Shown here: positions 38,401-46,552 of the stretch, one piece after another
Layout of the letters: every line of letters begins with the position of its first letter
How positions within the stretch are numbered: position 1 is the stretch's first letter
DNA from: an uncultured Gammaproteobacteria bacterium
GTDB lineage: Bacteria; Pseudomonadota; Gammaproteobacteria; Steroidobacterales; Rariloculaceae
DNA length: 64,000 nucleotides
Assembly (NCBI GenBank): GCA_964503125.1
Contig: CAZCZE010000021.1
Coordinates: 13,207-77,206 of the forward strand
Direction: 5' to 3'
Program-made: the position numbers and the translations under genes
Notes under the pieces: generated by a model
Database searches by the model: none
Seen by the model: only the letters and a program-made list of their open reading frames with translations
Told to the model about the DNA's origin: nothing

Positions 38401-40138
38401 ACCGAAGCTCGACCGTACCGCTGCGATTGCGCGTGTGGCCCTGCAGGAGGACCCACGTCCACAGCCTCCGGGTCAGCGCGTGCTCGGGCGGCCACGTCAT
38501 GTCCCCGAGGCGCAGGACGGTGCTCAGCAATTGTCTCGACCAGCCGTGGTAGTAACCACGAAACGCCACCGGGAAGCCCACGATCAGCAGGTCCGGCTCC
38601 TCGCCATAACGAGGCTCGTCGGTGGTCATGAAGATCGCGAGCGCACCGCCGTTCGTCGCGTAGAGCCCGCGGCCGGTCCTGAGCCACTCGTCGCGCGCGC
38701 GATCCCCGTCGTGCCCTGGCTGGAACGACACGGTGCGTAGCGTCCGGAATTCCTTCTTCGTCTCGCTGATGATGCTGATCTCGTTGCGGTCCTGAAGGTA
38801 GCGCCCGACCGCCGGCAAATGGACGATTTCGCCGACCTTCGCGCCGTCGTGGCCCTGCAGTCCGTCGATGCCGTGCTTCTGCAACTGTTCCTTGTCGCCG
38901 ATGCCGCTCAGCATGAGCAGCTGCGGTGTGTTGAAGACACCGGCCGAAAGAACGATCTCGCGCGAAGCATAGAACCGCTTCAACGGAGCCTTCTCCGCGG
39001 CCTGCGCGCAGAAGCGTGGACTCGCGTCGTAAAGGTGCGCCCCGCAACGCACTTCAACGCCGATGGCGCGCGGCGTTTCACCTTCGACGTGGTCGGCGAA
39101 AATCACGCGCGTGACGTGCGCGCCGGTCAGAATCACGAGCCGATCCGGATGCCGGGTGGCAGTCTCGCGCAAATGCTCGCGAACACCGACGCGACGGCTG
39201 CCGTCGGTGCCGATCGGGATGAACGACAGCGTCGGGTTGTCCGTCGCGCGCGGCGTGTCGAGGTTCGGGTCGAGATACTTCACCCACTGCGTCACCAACA
39301 CGCGCTTGAGCAGCTCGCCGATACCTCCGGCTCGGAGCAGATGGCCGAATACTCGCAGGATTATGCGGCGGAAGGTCCCGTCTCGCAGTGCGATACCGAC
39401 GACGAGCACCGGATCGATGAAGCTCGTCTTCTGCCAACCGGCGAACCCGTGCCCTCCGCCGTCGAGTGTCAGGCGCGGATTCAGGAAAGCGACGAGGTGA
39501 CGCCAGCCGCTGTAGAAAAACCCGAGGGCCCTACGAAAGAACCCGTGGTACTGCGTGTAATAGAGGCAATTCTCGACGCGAGTGAAGTAGCCGTTCATTT
39601 TCTCCGCGCGCCAGCTATCGTCGTGCGTCAGGCTGGCGATTCGGTTCCAGTCGCCGGCCGGAGGCTTGACCACGATCATGGCGTGATGCGCCGTGCAGCC
39701 GCCGAGCGCGCTGGAACGCGGATAGTGCACGCCGCCTTTCGGCCCATCCCCGCCCTTCGAGGGGTCGGTGCGGATGTCGTACTTCAAGTCACGCTGTTGC
39801 AGCTCGTCGTCGTCGTAGTGACGCACCGAGTAATCCCAGTTCAGCACCTCGTCCTCGGCCGCGGCGGGGTGATAACCGGGGATGCGATAGACCTCGCGCT
39901 CCTCGCGATCGTTCGGGGCGCCGTCGGCATCGGCGCGCGGCGGCACGAACGGACCGCCCGTTTCCGTGTGCGGCAATCCGGGGTCCAATCCCGACTCGAT
40001 GACGAGCACGCGCAGGCCTTCGAGGGCGAGGCGCGCCGCCAACGGGCCGCCACCGGCTCCCGACCCGACGACGATGTAATCGAACGGGGTCTCCTCGTGA
40101 GCCTGCGCCTTCTCGATCAGCTCGTGGACAGTTGGCAT
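35450..40138 (-). CDS. GMC oxidoreductase - patatin/cPLA2-like phospholipase fusion with membrane helices (1562 aa)
   Basis: GSGAGGG, WGHHACGTCRMG, RVVDASVFP; then LALSGGGIRSATF, STVSGGGY, many hydrophobic helices, and LSDGGHFE. GAGG before ATG 40138. Confidence 0.88.
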   Translation of the reverse strand: MPTVHELIEKAQAHEETPFDYIVVGSGAGGGPLAARLALEGLRVLVIESGLDPGLPHTETGGPFVPPRADADGAPNDREEREVYRIPGYHPAAAEDEVLNWDYSVRHYDDDELQQRDLKYDIRTDPSKGGDGPKGGVHYPRSSALGGCTAHHAMIVVKPPAGDWNRIASLTHDDSWRAEKMNGYFTRVENCLYYTQYHGFFRRALGFFYSGWRHLVAFLNPRLTLDGGGHGFAGWQKTSFIDPVLVVGIALRDGTFRRIILRVFGHLLRAGGIGELLKRVLVTQWVKYLDPNLDTPRATDNPTLSFIPIGTDGSRRVGVREHLRETATRHPDRLVILTGAHVTRVIFADHVEGETPRAIGVEVRCGAHLYDASPRFCAQAAEKAPLKRFYASREIVLSAGVFNTPQLLMLSGIGDKEQLQKHGIDGLQGHDGAKVGEIVHLPAVGRYLQDRNEISIISETKKEFRTLRTVSFQPGHDGDRARDEWLRTGRGLYATNGGALAIFMTTDEPRYGEEPDLLIVGFPVAFRGYYHGWSRQLLSTVLRLGDMTWPPEHALTRRLWTWVLLQGHTRNRSGTVELRSDSAFEQPVINFRYFDESSEEADKDVTTLLEGIEWVRKLNATIKPFKSELQPGPQAGDYSRVLEEWVKYQAWGHHACGTCRMGSDAWRPDTKKTDAVVSSDFRVYGVEGLRVVDASVFPEIPGYFIAASVFMIGEKAADVLLADRREYPRHLRAAEARAVHRRRELAIDRPPPPPANPADAKLPADAVGLALSGGGIRSATFALGVVQALARCDRFRGIDFLSTVSGGGYIGAFLGRLFMRGKDMAHMPRRVQAALADTGSPEMWWLRTHANYISGEGRSDLTSNIATIWRNLLAVHVCIGAFFVAALATLRLAADTVFAQIDGVTLLGIPLGPWWWLPVVVAAVALVPTTLAYWLAPPRASTLEHPRASIPVWLFGLAAAVSALGVPQLRPYAPLALLLLVLAWVAQEAVRWRAAAPLKLRGDLARNRLTRAAGESLLLVAICAGWVALDALARRSTVTGMLPMATVGMAGIAAALPVLRAFVENLVRGEEGSFSVLSRWLRRFVRWVLAFVLLGFLLFTLDLLVHSAFESSRTLGIWLLLAALGLSLAIGQSSDFPNTLSLQALYAARLSRAFLGAANPTRVHARPADANSEVQAADPGDDLPFDEYDPQRYGGPLHLINACVNETVDAASARPLRLDKGLSMCVGPSGVSVGRRFHALWEPDADDPHALRAGLTAVTSGTDPGAFHVLAQRSGEPAPVEPLMLSQWISTSGAALGTGLGRHTSLPTSLLLGLFNIRLGYWWNSGIEGGARPGRYPPALLRRLKSSVARIFPAHAAILNEWRGYFTGPSERLWYLSDGGHFEETGVYELLRRRVALMICANATEDKDYQLAAIALLMRRARLDFGAEISWLEPRPAPPGGGRWSALDPNGHVPKWVREWVDPAGVGSLWEIGRLGRHSSALARVDYDNGGTPCWLLMINASRLGDMPLDLRSYAARNLHFPHDSTLDQFFTDEQWESYRRLGECAAAAVISVPAAHQGIGG

Positions 40139-40182
40139 CGTGCTCACCTCGTTGCCGTGCGGCTGAAGCGGACGCTCGAGCG

Positions 40183-43100
40183 CTAGAGCGTGCGTAGGAA
40201 CGCTTTGAGCTGCCGCTTTTCGTCGTCCGACAGCGGCTCTGCGAACCAATGGCCCCGGTCGAGCACGAAGTCCGGGCTCTTGTTGATGCGCAGCAGCGCG
40301 AGCCCGGCCTCGCGCTCGAACTCTGCAAGCACGTCCGCGTCCGTCACCCTATCCGCCTCAACCTCCACACAAGGTTTGTGCGCCGCTAGCAGCCGCGCCT
40401 TGAAACCGGCGCGTAGCAATGCCGAGAGTCCGTTCGCAATGTCGCCTCCGGCCGCCGACGAGCTCGCGTTGATGACGAGACTCACGGGCGTGCCTTTCGG
40501 TATCGGTCCGACGATGAGGTCTCCGCGCCGGCCCGACGTGAACTCGTTGAGCCACCAGCCGAGGTACAAGCTGAGGGCCGCGAGCAAGGCGAATGTCGCT
40601 CGTGCGAGCCAGCGCCGACGATCGCGTGCCCAGAACAACAACACGACCGCCACGGCTACGGTCGCCACAGGCCCCACCCACGGCCAGATGCCGAAGACAT
40701 AATCGAGGCGGGTGACGACGAGAACGGCCGCGTTGAGGACCGCGATCAGAAACAGTGCAAACGCCGCATGGCGGGCGCGCCCCGCGGCCGCGAACACGAG
40801 GCACGCGGCGGCGAGCGCAATCCAGAGGTACAGGGTTGCGACCCGCGTCCCGAACGGGCCCAGCACGCTCTCGAACAACGAACGAATGAACGGCTCCCGG
40901 AAAATGAAACAGCTCTCGGCTGTCGTCCGGTAGATGAAACCCGGGTCGTTGCCGGCGAGCTCGGGGTGCGTCAAGCGCAGGTCGCCGGGCCGGGAATTTG
41001 CGCTGGGTTGCCGCCGGTCTTTCCAGAGCAGCTTGTCGATACCGTCCTCGAACGCGAGCAGTCGACCTTCGATGGACGGATCTCGATTTAAGAGCCCTAG
41101 CGCATTGTTATGCAGGTACGGTGCCGTCGCCCAGAGGCCGATCAGGGACGGCGGCCGGTAATAGCCGGGTCCGCCGGACGGCGGGTAGTAGACATCGTTG
41201 TTGCCCCAGACATCGAGCGGCGCGCCGGAATAGGGATTGTAGAAATGCACGGGCCCGACGGCCGGCAGGCTCTTGTAATCCTCCGAGGAGAAATTGTCCC
41301 AGACCTGTCCGCGCATCGCGTTCGTGCCGACGGCACGCTGAGAGTTCGTGCCGACGAGCGTGACCGGGACACGGATGTCCGTCGAAAGAAAATTGTCTTC
41401 GAGGAAGGGGTCGGTCGCCGCGGCCGGCGTATCGGCCGGGGTACCTGCGATCGTACTGATTTGCCGCACGTAGCCGGCATACGCCGCGCTGTTCGTGAAC
41501 CTCTCCCAGTCCGCGAATGTGCGCGGCAACACGAGCCGCGTGAAGGGCCACGCCGTCGATCCCGAGTGCTCTTCCCAGTCGTCCGCGAACTGAAGTGCGA
41601 ATCCTTCGGGCTGCTTGCTCGAGTGGCAGATCGCGCAGTTCGCGATGAACACGGCGCGGCCGGCGCTCGCGCGCGCGCGCTCCTCCTCCGAGATCGGCGG
41701 GGCGCCTCGCGCGCTCGCGAGCGGCATCGGTGGCGCGACGTTGGCTCCGGTCCGCGGGTTCTCGTAGAGGAAGTAGTCGAGAATCGCCGGCACTCGATAC
41801 TTTAGCGAGGTGCGCCAATAGACGGAATTCGCGCGCAGGCTCGCGACCGAGAACGGCCGTTGCCCGCGGAAACCGATGATCGGCCGCGACGTGCGGGCCC
41901 ACTCCTCCGAAAACGTGCCGATGTTGAGGTACACGCGTGCGACGGAGGCTACCGCGCCGATGCTGTCGCCGCCGTCGACGAGCATCCGCGGCGTATGGCG
42001 CGGCGTAACCCTCGCATCGCTCTCCTCGAGCGACGGCACGAGCAGGCTCGCGCGACCTTGCTCTTCGGGCGGGTTTCGCATCGCGCGGTCGACCCGGGCC
42101 GGCAAGTCGAACACCGCGTTGATCGTGTTCGAGTTGTTGATGTGGTCGGAGCTGAGCAGCGACGTGTCGACGGTGCCGGGCTGTTGGCTGTTGAGGAAGT
42201 GGAAGAAGAAGGACTTCTCGTCCGTGAGATTCGCGAAGAGTCGGACGGGCGTCCAGTATTGATTGCCGATCGTGCTCGACAGATTGCTCCACGCGGGCTC
42301 CGCGGGATCCGCCGGCGGGTTCAGCGGGTGCGGCGCGACGTGGCAATACGCGCACGACATGCCGACGCGAAACGGCCGAACCAACTTGGGGTCGCCGTGG
42401 ACGTCGCGAGCGAGGTCGTAGAACGCGTCGCTCGAGTCCTCGACGCGCTCCTTCCAACGGAGACGCGCTTCTCCGGCCTCTGTGGTGTTGCCGAAAAAAT
42501 CCGGGTTCAGCATCAGACGTAACCCGATCACGCCGCTCGGATACCCGTAGACGAGCGGGTCGACGCCGTCCTTCGGCAGGCGCTGGATGGTGTCCTCGTA
42601 GAGCTCGCGGTCACCCGGCTCGAACGGCTCGTAGAGCCCGGTCGGCTGCGGCCGAGGCGGCTCGGACATCCCCACATCGGCGTCCGCTTCCGGCGGCCGC
42701 AACAGGATCTCGTCGCCGTTCGCTTCGTCGAGATAGAGGCCGAGCAACTTGCGGGCGGGATCGGTCTGCGCCCGCATGCCGGGCTGATTGATCATTCCGC
42801 GGTCGCGGAAGCGAAACGCGCGCTGACGCGAATCGAGCAGAACTAGAAAGTCGACGAGGCCGAAGCCGTGCTGCTGTGCCCAGTTCCAGAATTCGTCGTT
42901 GCCGCCAGCCCACAGCATCCAAGAGTTCTTGCCGCGAATGGCGTCGCGCGCGTCCGGTGTAACGCGCGCGTCCGCGGGGACAGGCGCGCCATCAGTGAAG
43001 TCGAACGGCTCGAGTTGACCCGTGGGCCCGACGATCTGATCCATTTCGTGGAACAGATTGCGTGGTTCCACCGGAAACGAGTCGTCGTCGCGCTGCCAAA

Positions 43101-43341
43101 CAGGCGTACCGCTTGCCGTGTGGCCGCGCTGAGGCTCGTCTTGCGGCGCGGCGGGATCGGCCTCCGTCTGCCACTGCTCCCACCCTTGTTCGGAGGAGGG
43201 TGCCCGCGCGGCCTGAGGAAGAGGTGTCGCGCCCCGATCGTCGCCGCCCTCGCGCACGAGCAGGACGACGACGGCGACGAGAGCCGCCGCATAGAGCAAA
43301 GATTGGCGCCTCGCCCCGTGACGCTGCTGCCGACGCTTCAT
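40183..43341 (-). CDS. Membrane-anchored di-haem c-type cytochrome, RoxA/di-haem peroxidase-like (1052 aa)
   Basis: CAYCH (42340-42354), CAICH (41623-41637), PSLIGLWATAPYLHNN, C-terminal RGHWF..LSDDEKRQLKAFLRTL; N-terminal anchor plus about 4 internal TM helices. Confidence 0.8.
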   Translation of the reverse strand: MKRRQQRHGARRQSLLYAAALVAVVVLLVREGGDDRGATPLPQAARAPSSEQGWEQWQTEADPAAPQDEPQRGHTASGTPVWQRDDDSFPVEPRNLFHEMDQIVGPTGQLEPFDFTDGAPVPADARVTPDARDAIRGKNSWMLWAGGNDEFWNWAQQHGFGLVDFLVLLDSRQRAFRFRDRGMINQPGMRAQTDPARKLLGLYLDEANGDEILLRPPEADADVGMSEPPRPQPTGLYEPFEPGDRELYEDTIQRLPKDGVDPLVYGYPSGVIGLRLMLNPDFFGNTTEAGEARLRWKERVEDSSDAFYDLARDVHGDPKLVRPFRVGMSCAYCHVAPHPLNPPADPAEPAWSNLSSTIGNQYWTPVRLFANLTDEKSFFFHFLNSQQPGTVDTSLLSSDHINNSNTINAVFDLPARVDRAMRNPPEEQGRASLLVPSLEESDARVTPRHTPRMLVDGGDSIGAVASVARVYLNIGTFSEEWARTSRPIIGFRGQRPFSVASLRANSVYWRTSLKYRVPAILDYFLYENPRTGANVAPPMPLASARGAPPISEEERARASAGRAVFIANCAICHSSKQPEGFALQFADDWEEHSGSTAWPFTRLVLPRTFADWERFTNSAAYAGYVRQISTIAGTPADTPAAATDPFLEDNFLSTDIRVPVTLVGTNSQRAVGTNAMRGQVWDNFSSEDYKSLPAVGPVHFYNPYSGAPLDVWGNNDVYYPPSGGPGYYRPPSLIGLWATAPYLHNNALGLLNRDPSIEGRLLAFEDGIDKLLWKDRRQPSANSRPGDLRLTHPELAGNDPGFIYRTTAESCFIFREPFIRSLFESVLGPFGTRVATLYLWIALAAACLVFAAAGRARHAAFALFLIAVLNAAVLVVTRLDYVFGIWPWVGPVATVAVAVVLLFWARDRRRWLARATFALLAALSLYLGWWLNEFTSGRRGDLIVGPIPKGTPVSLVINASSSAAGGDIANGLSALLRAGFKARLLAAHKPCVEVEADRVTDADVLAEFEREAGLALLRINKSPDFVLDRGHWFAEPLSDDEKRQLKAFLRTL

Positions 43342-43525
43342 TTTCGTTTTCTCCCCCAGGCTCGAGCCGGGGTACGCGGTTATACGAAGCGGAAAGGAGC
43401 CTCAGCGCTGCTATCTTATGTAAGTTCTCTCCAAAACGTTAGCTCTCGTAGCCAAGACGGCTGCGCGCGGCCGGGTAGTGGCGGTTGCGAGGACCGTGAA
43501 CCGGTCGCCGGCCGTCGACATCGCA

Positions 43526-43569
43526 CCCGACGGCCGGCTGCTCATGCTGTTTCCCGTCGACTGGGGCCG
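43526..43569 (+). repeat. Right direct repeat of the 13.3-kb block
   Basis: 43526-43552 is identical to 30183-30209 and continues cccgtcgactggggccg. Confidence 0.92.
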
Positions 43570-43684
43570 CGTTGCCGGCGAGGGCCCCGTCGAACTTGGC
43601 CTTAGGACCGCAGTCGAACTCGAGTCGGTCGAGCCGGCGCCGTGCTACCGTAATGGCAACAATAATGAGCTCCGGGGGATGCCC

Positions 43685-46438
43685 ATGAAGTCGCTCCACG
43701 CTGTTCGCGTTTGCTGCCTGTCGTTCGCCCTCCTCTTCACCGCCGTCGCCGCCGCGCAGGGGCCGCTGCCCGCCGGCATCACGCACGTCACGACCGTGGA
43801 AGGGATCGCCGAGTACCGGCTCGCGAACGGTCTGCGCGTGCTGCTGTTCCGCGATCCTTCGAAGGCGACGATCACCGTCAACATGACGTACCTCGTCGGC
43901 TCGGCCGACGAGAGCTACGGCGAGACCGGCATGGCGCACCTGCTCGAGCACATGCTGTTCAAGGGCTCGACGAAGTACCCCGACATCCTCGCCGCGATCC
44001 GCAGCCGCGGCGCACAGTTCAACGGCACGACGTCGTGGGACCGCACCAACTACTTCGAGACGTTCGACGCGACCGACGCCAACCTCGAGTGGGCGCTCGA
44101 TCTCGAAGCCGATCGCATGATCAACGCCTTCGTCGCCCAGAGCGACCTCGACACCGAGATGACCGTCGTGCGCAACGAGTTCGAGTCCGGCGAGAACAAT
44201 CCGACCGGCGTGCTCTACCAGCGCGTACTGAGCACGGCGTACCTCTGGCACAGCTACGGCAAATCGCCGATCGGCAGTCGCAGCGACATCGAGGGCGTCC
44301 CAATCGAGCGCTTGCGAGCGTTCTACGAGCGCCACTACCAGCCCGACAACGCCGTGCTGGTCGTCGCCGGGCGGTTCGAGGAGCCCCGCGTGCTCGAGCT
44401 CATCGCCGGTAAATTCGGCCCCATTCCGGTACCCACGCGCGTGCTCATCGACAATTACACGATCGAGCCGACCCAGGACGGCGAGCGCGAAGTCATCGTC
44501 CGGCGCGTCGGCGACGTGCAGATCCTCATGGCCGGTTATCACGCACCCGCCGGCACGCACACGGACTTCGTGCCGTTGCAGTTCGCCGCGGACGCGCTCG
44601 CCGACGAGCCCGGCGGGCGACTCTACAAGGCACTCGTGCAGACGGGGCTCGCGTCGCAAGTAGCCGCGCAGACCCTGCAGCTCCGCGACCCCGGCATGAT
44701 CGTCTTCTTCGCGCTGGTTCGCGAAGACGCGTCGCTCGACGAGGCGCGCGCCGCGATGATGAAGACGATCGACGACTTGCGCACGAACCCGATTACGGCC
44801 GAAGAGGTCGAGCGCACGCGCAACCAGGCGCTGTCCGGCTTCGAGCGGCAAATGAACAACACACAGGCCATCGCCGTGCAGCTCAGCACTTGGGCGTCGA
44901 TCGGCGATTGGCGTCTATTGTTCCTCGACCGCGATCGCGTCCGCGCAGCGACCGTCGCCGACGCGCAGCGCGTCGCGCTCGAGTACTTCAAGAGCTCGAA
45001 CCGGACCGTCGGCCTGTTCATCCCCGGCGAGCCGGACCGCGCCGAGATTCCGGCGCGGCCCGACATCACGGCCATGTTGCAGGGCTACAAAGGCGACGAA
45101 GCGCGCTCCGAAGGCGAAGCGTTCGAGCCGACGCCCGCGAACATCGACGCCCGCACGTCCCGCGTCGACCTACCGAACGGCATCAAGCTCGTCATGCTGC
45201 AAAAGGAGACGCGCGGCGATGCGGTCAATGCCCTGATCCGTTTGAACTACGGCGACGAGAACAGCTTGAAGGGTGTGGGCCAATTCGCGGGGCTCATGAC
45301 GCCGATGATGACGCGCGGCACTCGCGAGCGGTCACGGCAGGAAATCCAGGACGAGCTCGCGCGCCTACAAAGCACGCTCGGCATCGGCGGCAGCCCGGGC
45401 CTCACGTCCGCGAACATCCAGAGCACGCGGGCGAATCTTGCGGCGACGCTCGAGCTCGCGATCGACGTGCTGCGCGAGCCCTCGTTCCCGGAAGACGAGC
45501 TCAAGACGCTCAAGGACCAGCTGCTCACGAGCATCGAGGCGCAGCGCAGCGAGCCGCAGGCGATCGTCGCGCGCGCTTACGGCCGGCACTGGGGGCGCAA
45601 CTATGCGCGCGACGACGTGCGCTACGCCGCCACTGTCGACGAGGACATCGAGTTCATCACGCGCGCCACGGCAGCCGACCTGCGCAGGCTGCACTCGGAG
45701 TTTTTCGGCGCTACGCAGGCCGAGGTCGTCATTGTCGGCGACTTCGATGCCGACGCGATCCGCGCGCTGCTCACCGAACGGATGGGCGATTGGCGCAGCC
45801 CGAAACCCGCCAGCGACGTGTTGAACCTCTATGCCAACCTCGCAACCGACCCGAAGACCGAGCTGTTCAACACGCCCGACAAGGAGAACGCCTTCTTCCT
45901 CGCCGGAATGCGGATCGAGATGCGCGATTCGCATCCCGACTACCCGGCGCTCGTGCTAGGCAACTACATCTTAGGCTCAGGCGCGGCCTCGCGGCTGTTC
46001 GGCCGCATCCGCGGCCGCGAGGGCTTGAGCTACGGCGTGGGCTCGGGCTTCAGCGCGTCGCCGCGCAGCGACGGCGCCTCGTTCACGGTGAACGCGATCT
46101 CGGCGCCGCAGAACAGCGAGCGTGTCGAAGCGTCGTTCCGCGACGAGCTCGCGACGATCTTGCGTGACGGCTACACGGAGCAGGAGCTCACCGAAGCGAA
46201 ACGCAGCTGGGCGCAGCAGCGCCAGGTCGCTCGCACCCAGGACGGCGGGGTGGCCAACACGCTCGGCTTATGGACGCACGTCGGCCGCACGATGGCGTGG
46301 GACGCGGAGCTCGAGGCGCGCGTGCAGGCGCTGACCGTGGAGCAAGTTCGCGACACGATGCGCCGGCATCTCGACGTGAGCAAGATGACGTTCATGCGCG
46401 GCGGGGACTTCGAGGGCGCGGCGGGCGGCTCGCAGTAG
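43685..46438 (+). CDS. M16 zinc peptidase (pitrilysin/PqqL-like, double domain), secreted
   Basis: Signal peptide MKSLHAVRVCCLSFALLFTAVAAAQ; AHLLEH (HxxEH); NGTTSWDRTNY; second half with RGREGLSYG. Confidence 0.93.
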   Translation: MKSLHAVRVCCLSFALLFTAVAAAQGPLPAGITHVTTVEGIAEYRLANGLRVLLFRDPSKATITVNMTYLVGSADESYGETGMAHLLEHMLFKGSTKYPDILAAIRSRGAQFNGTTSWDRTNYFETFDATDANLEWALDLEADRMINAFVAQSDLDTEMTVVRNEFESGENNPTGVLYQRVLSTAYLWHSYGKSPIGSRSDIEGVPIERLRAFYERHYQPDNAVLVVAGRFEEPRVLELIAGKFGPIPVPTRVLIDNYTIEPTQDGEREVIVRRVGDVQILMAGYHAPAGTHTDFVPLQFAADALADEPGGRLYKALVQTGLASQVAAQTLQLRDPGMIVFFALVREDASLDEARAAMMKTIDDLRTNPITAEEVERTRNQALSGFERQMNNTQAIAVQLSTWASIGDWRLLFLDRDRVRAATVADAQRVALEYFKSSNRTVGLFIPGEPDRAEIPARPDITAMLQGYKGDEARSEGEAFEPTPANIDARTSRVDLPNGIKLVMLQKETRGDAVNALIRLNYGDENSLKGVGQFAGLMTPMMTRGTRERSRQEIQDELARLQSTLGIGGSPGLTSANIQSTRANLAATLELAIDVLREPSFPEDELKTLKDQLLTSIEAQRSEPQAIVARAYGRHWGRNYARDDVRYAATVDEDIEFITRATAADLRRLHSEFFGATQAEVVIVGDFDADAIRALLTERMGDWRSPKPASDVLNLYANLATDPKTELFNTPDKENAFFLAGMRIEMRDSHPDYPALVLGNYILGSGAASRLFGRIRGREGLSYGVGSGFSASPRSDGASFTVNAISAPQNSERVEASFRDELATILRDGYTEQELTEAKRSWAQQRQVARTQDGGVANTLGLWTHVGRTMAWDAELEARVQALTVEQVRDTMRRHLDVSKMTFMRGGDFEGAAGGSQ

Positions 46439-46552
46439 GTCGCGACGCCGTTCCTCGGGCAAGTAGATCTCGCAAGTCCGCGCTGAATCGTCTTGAATCG
46501 TTCTGATCGGGTCGCCGCGCCCGCCCGGCGCAATTTCCGGTATCGTCGCGCC

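Larger units (their letters stand above)
30183..43552. mobile_element. Putative direct-repeat-flanked genomic island without a recombinase
   Basis: 27-bp exact flanking repeats, broken host gene fragments at both ends, four accessory genes inside, and no integrase or transposase. Confidence 0.6.

Noticed and set aside
30637-40138. Reading the cyclase plus patatin as CBASS or Pycsar
   Set aside because: There is no CD-NTase and no cyclic-nucleotide-binding effector; the cyclase has a STAND architecture and the patatin is fused to GMC. Kept only as an alternative hypothesis.
43478-43684. Extra N-terminal domain on the M16 peptidase (986-aa ORF)
   Set aside because: A signal peptide and RBS begin at 43685; the upstream frame is the propeller relic and direct repeat.
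46484-46510. Short tandem tgaatcgt repeats before the ABC gene
   Set aside because: Two and a half degenerate 10-mers; they could be an operator but cannot be told apart from chance.
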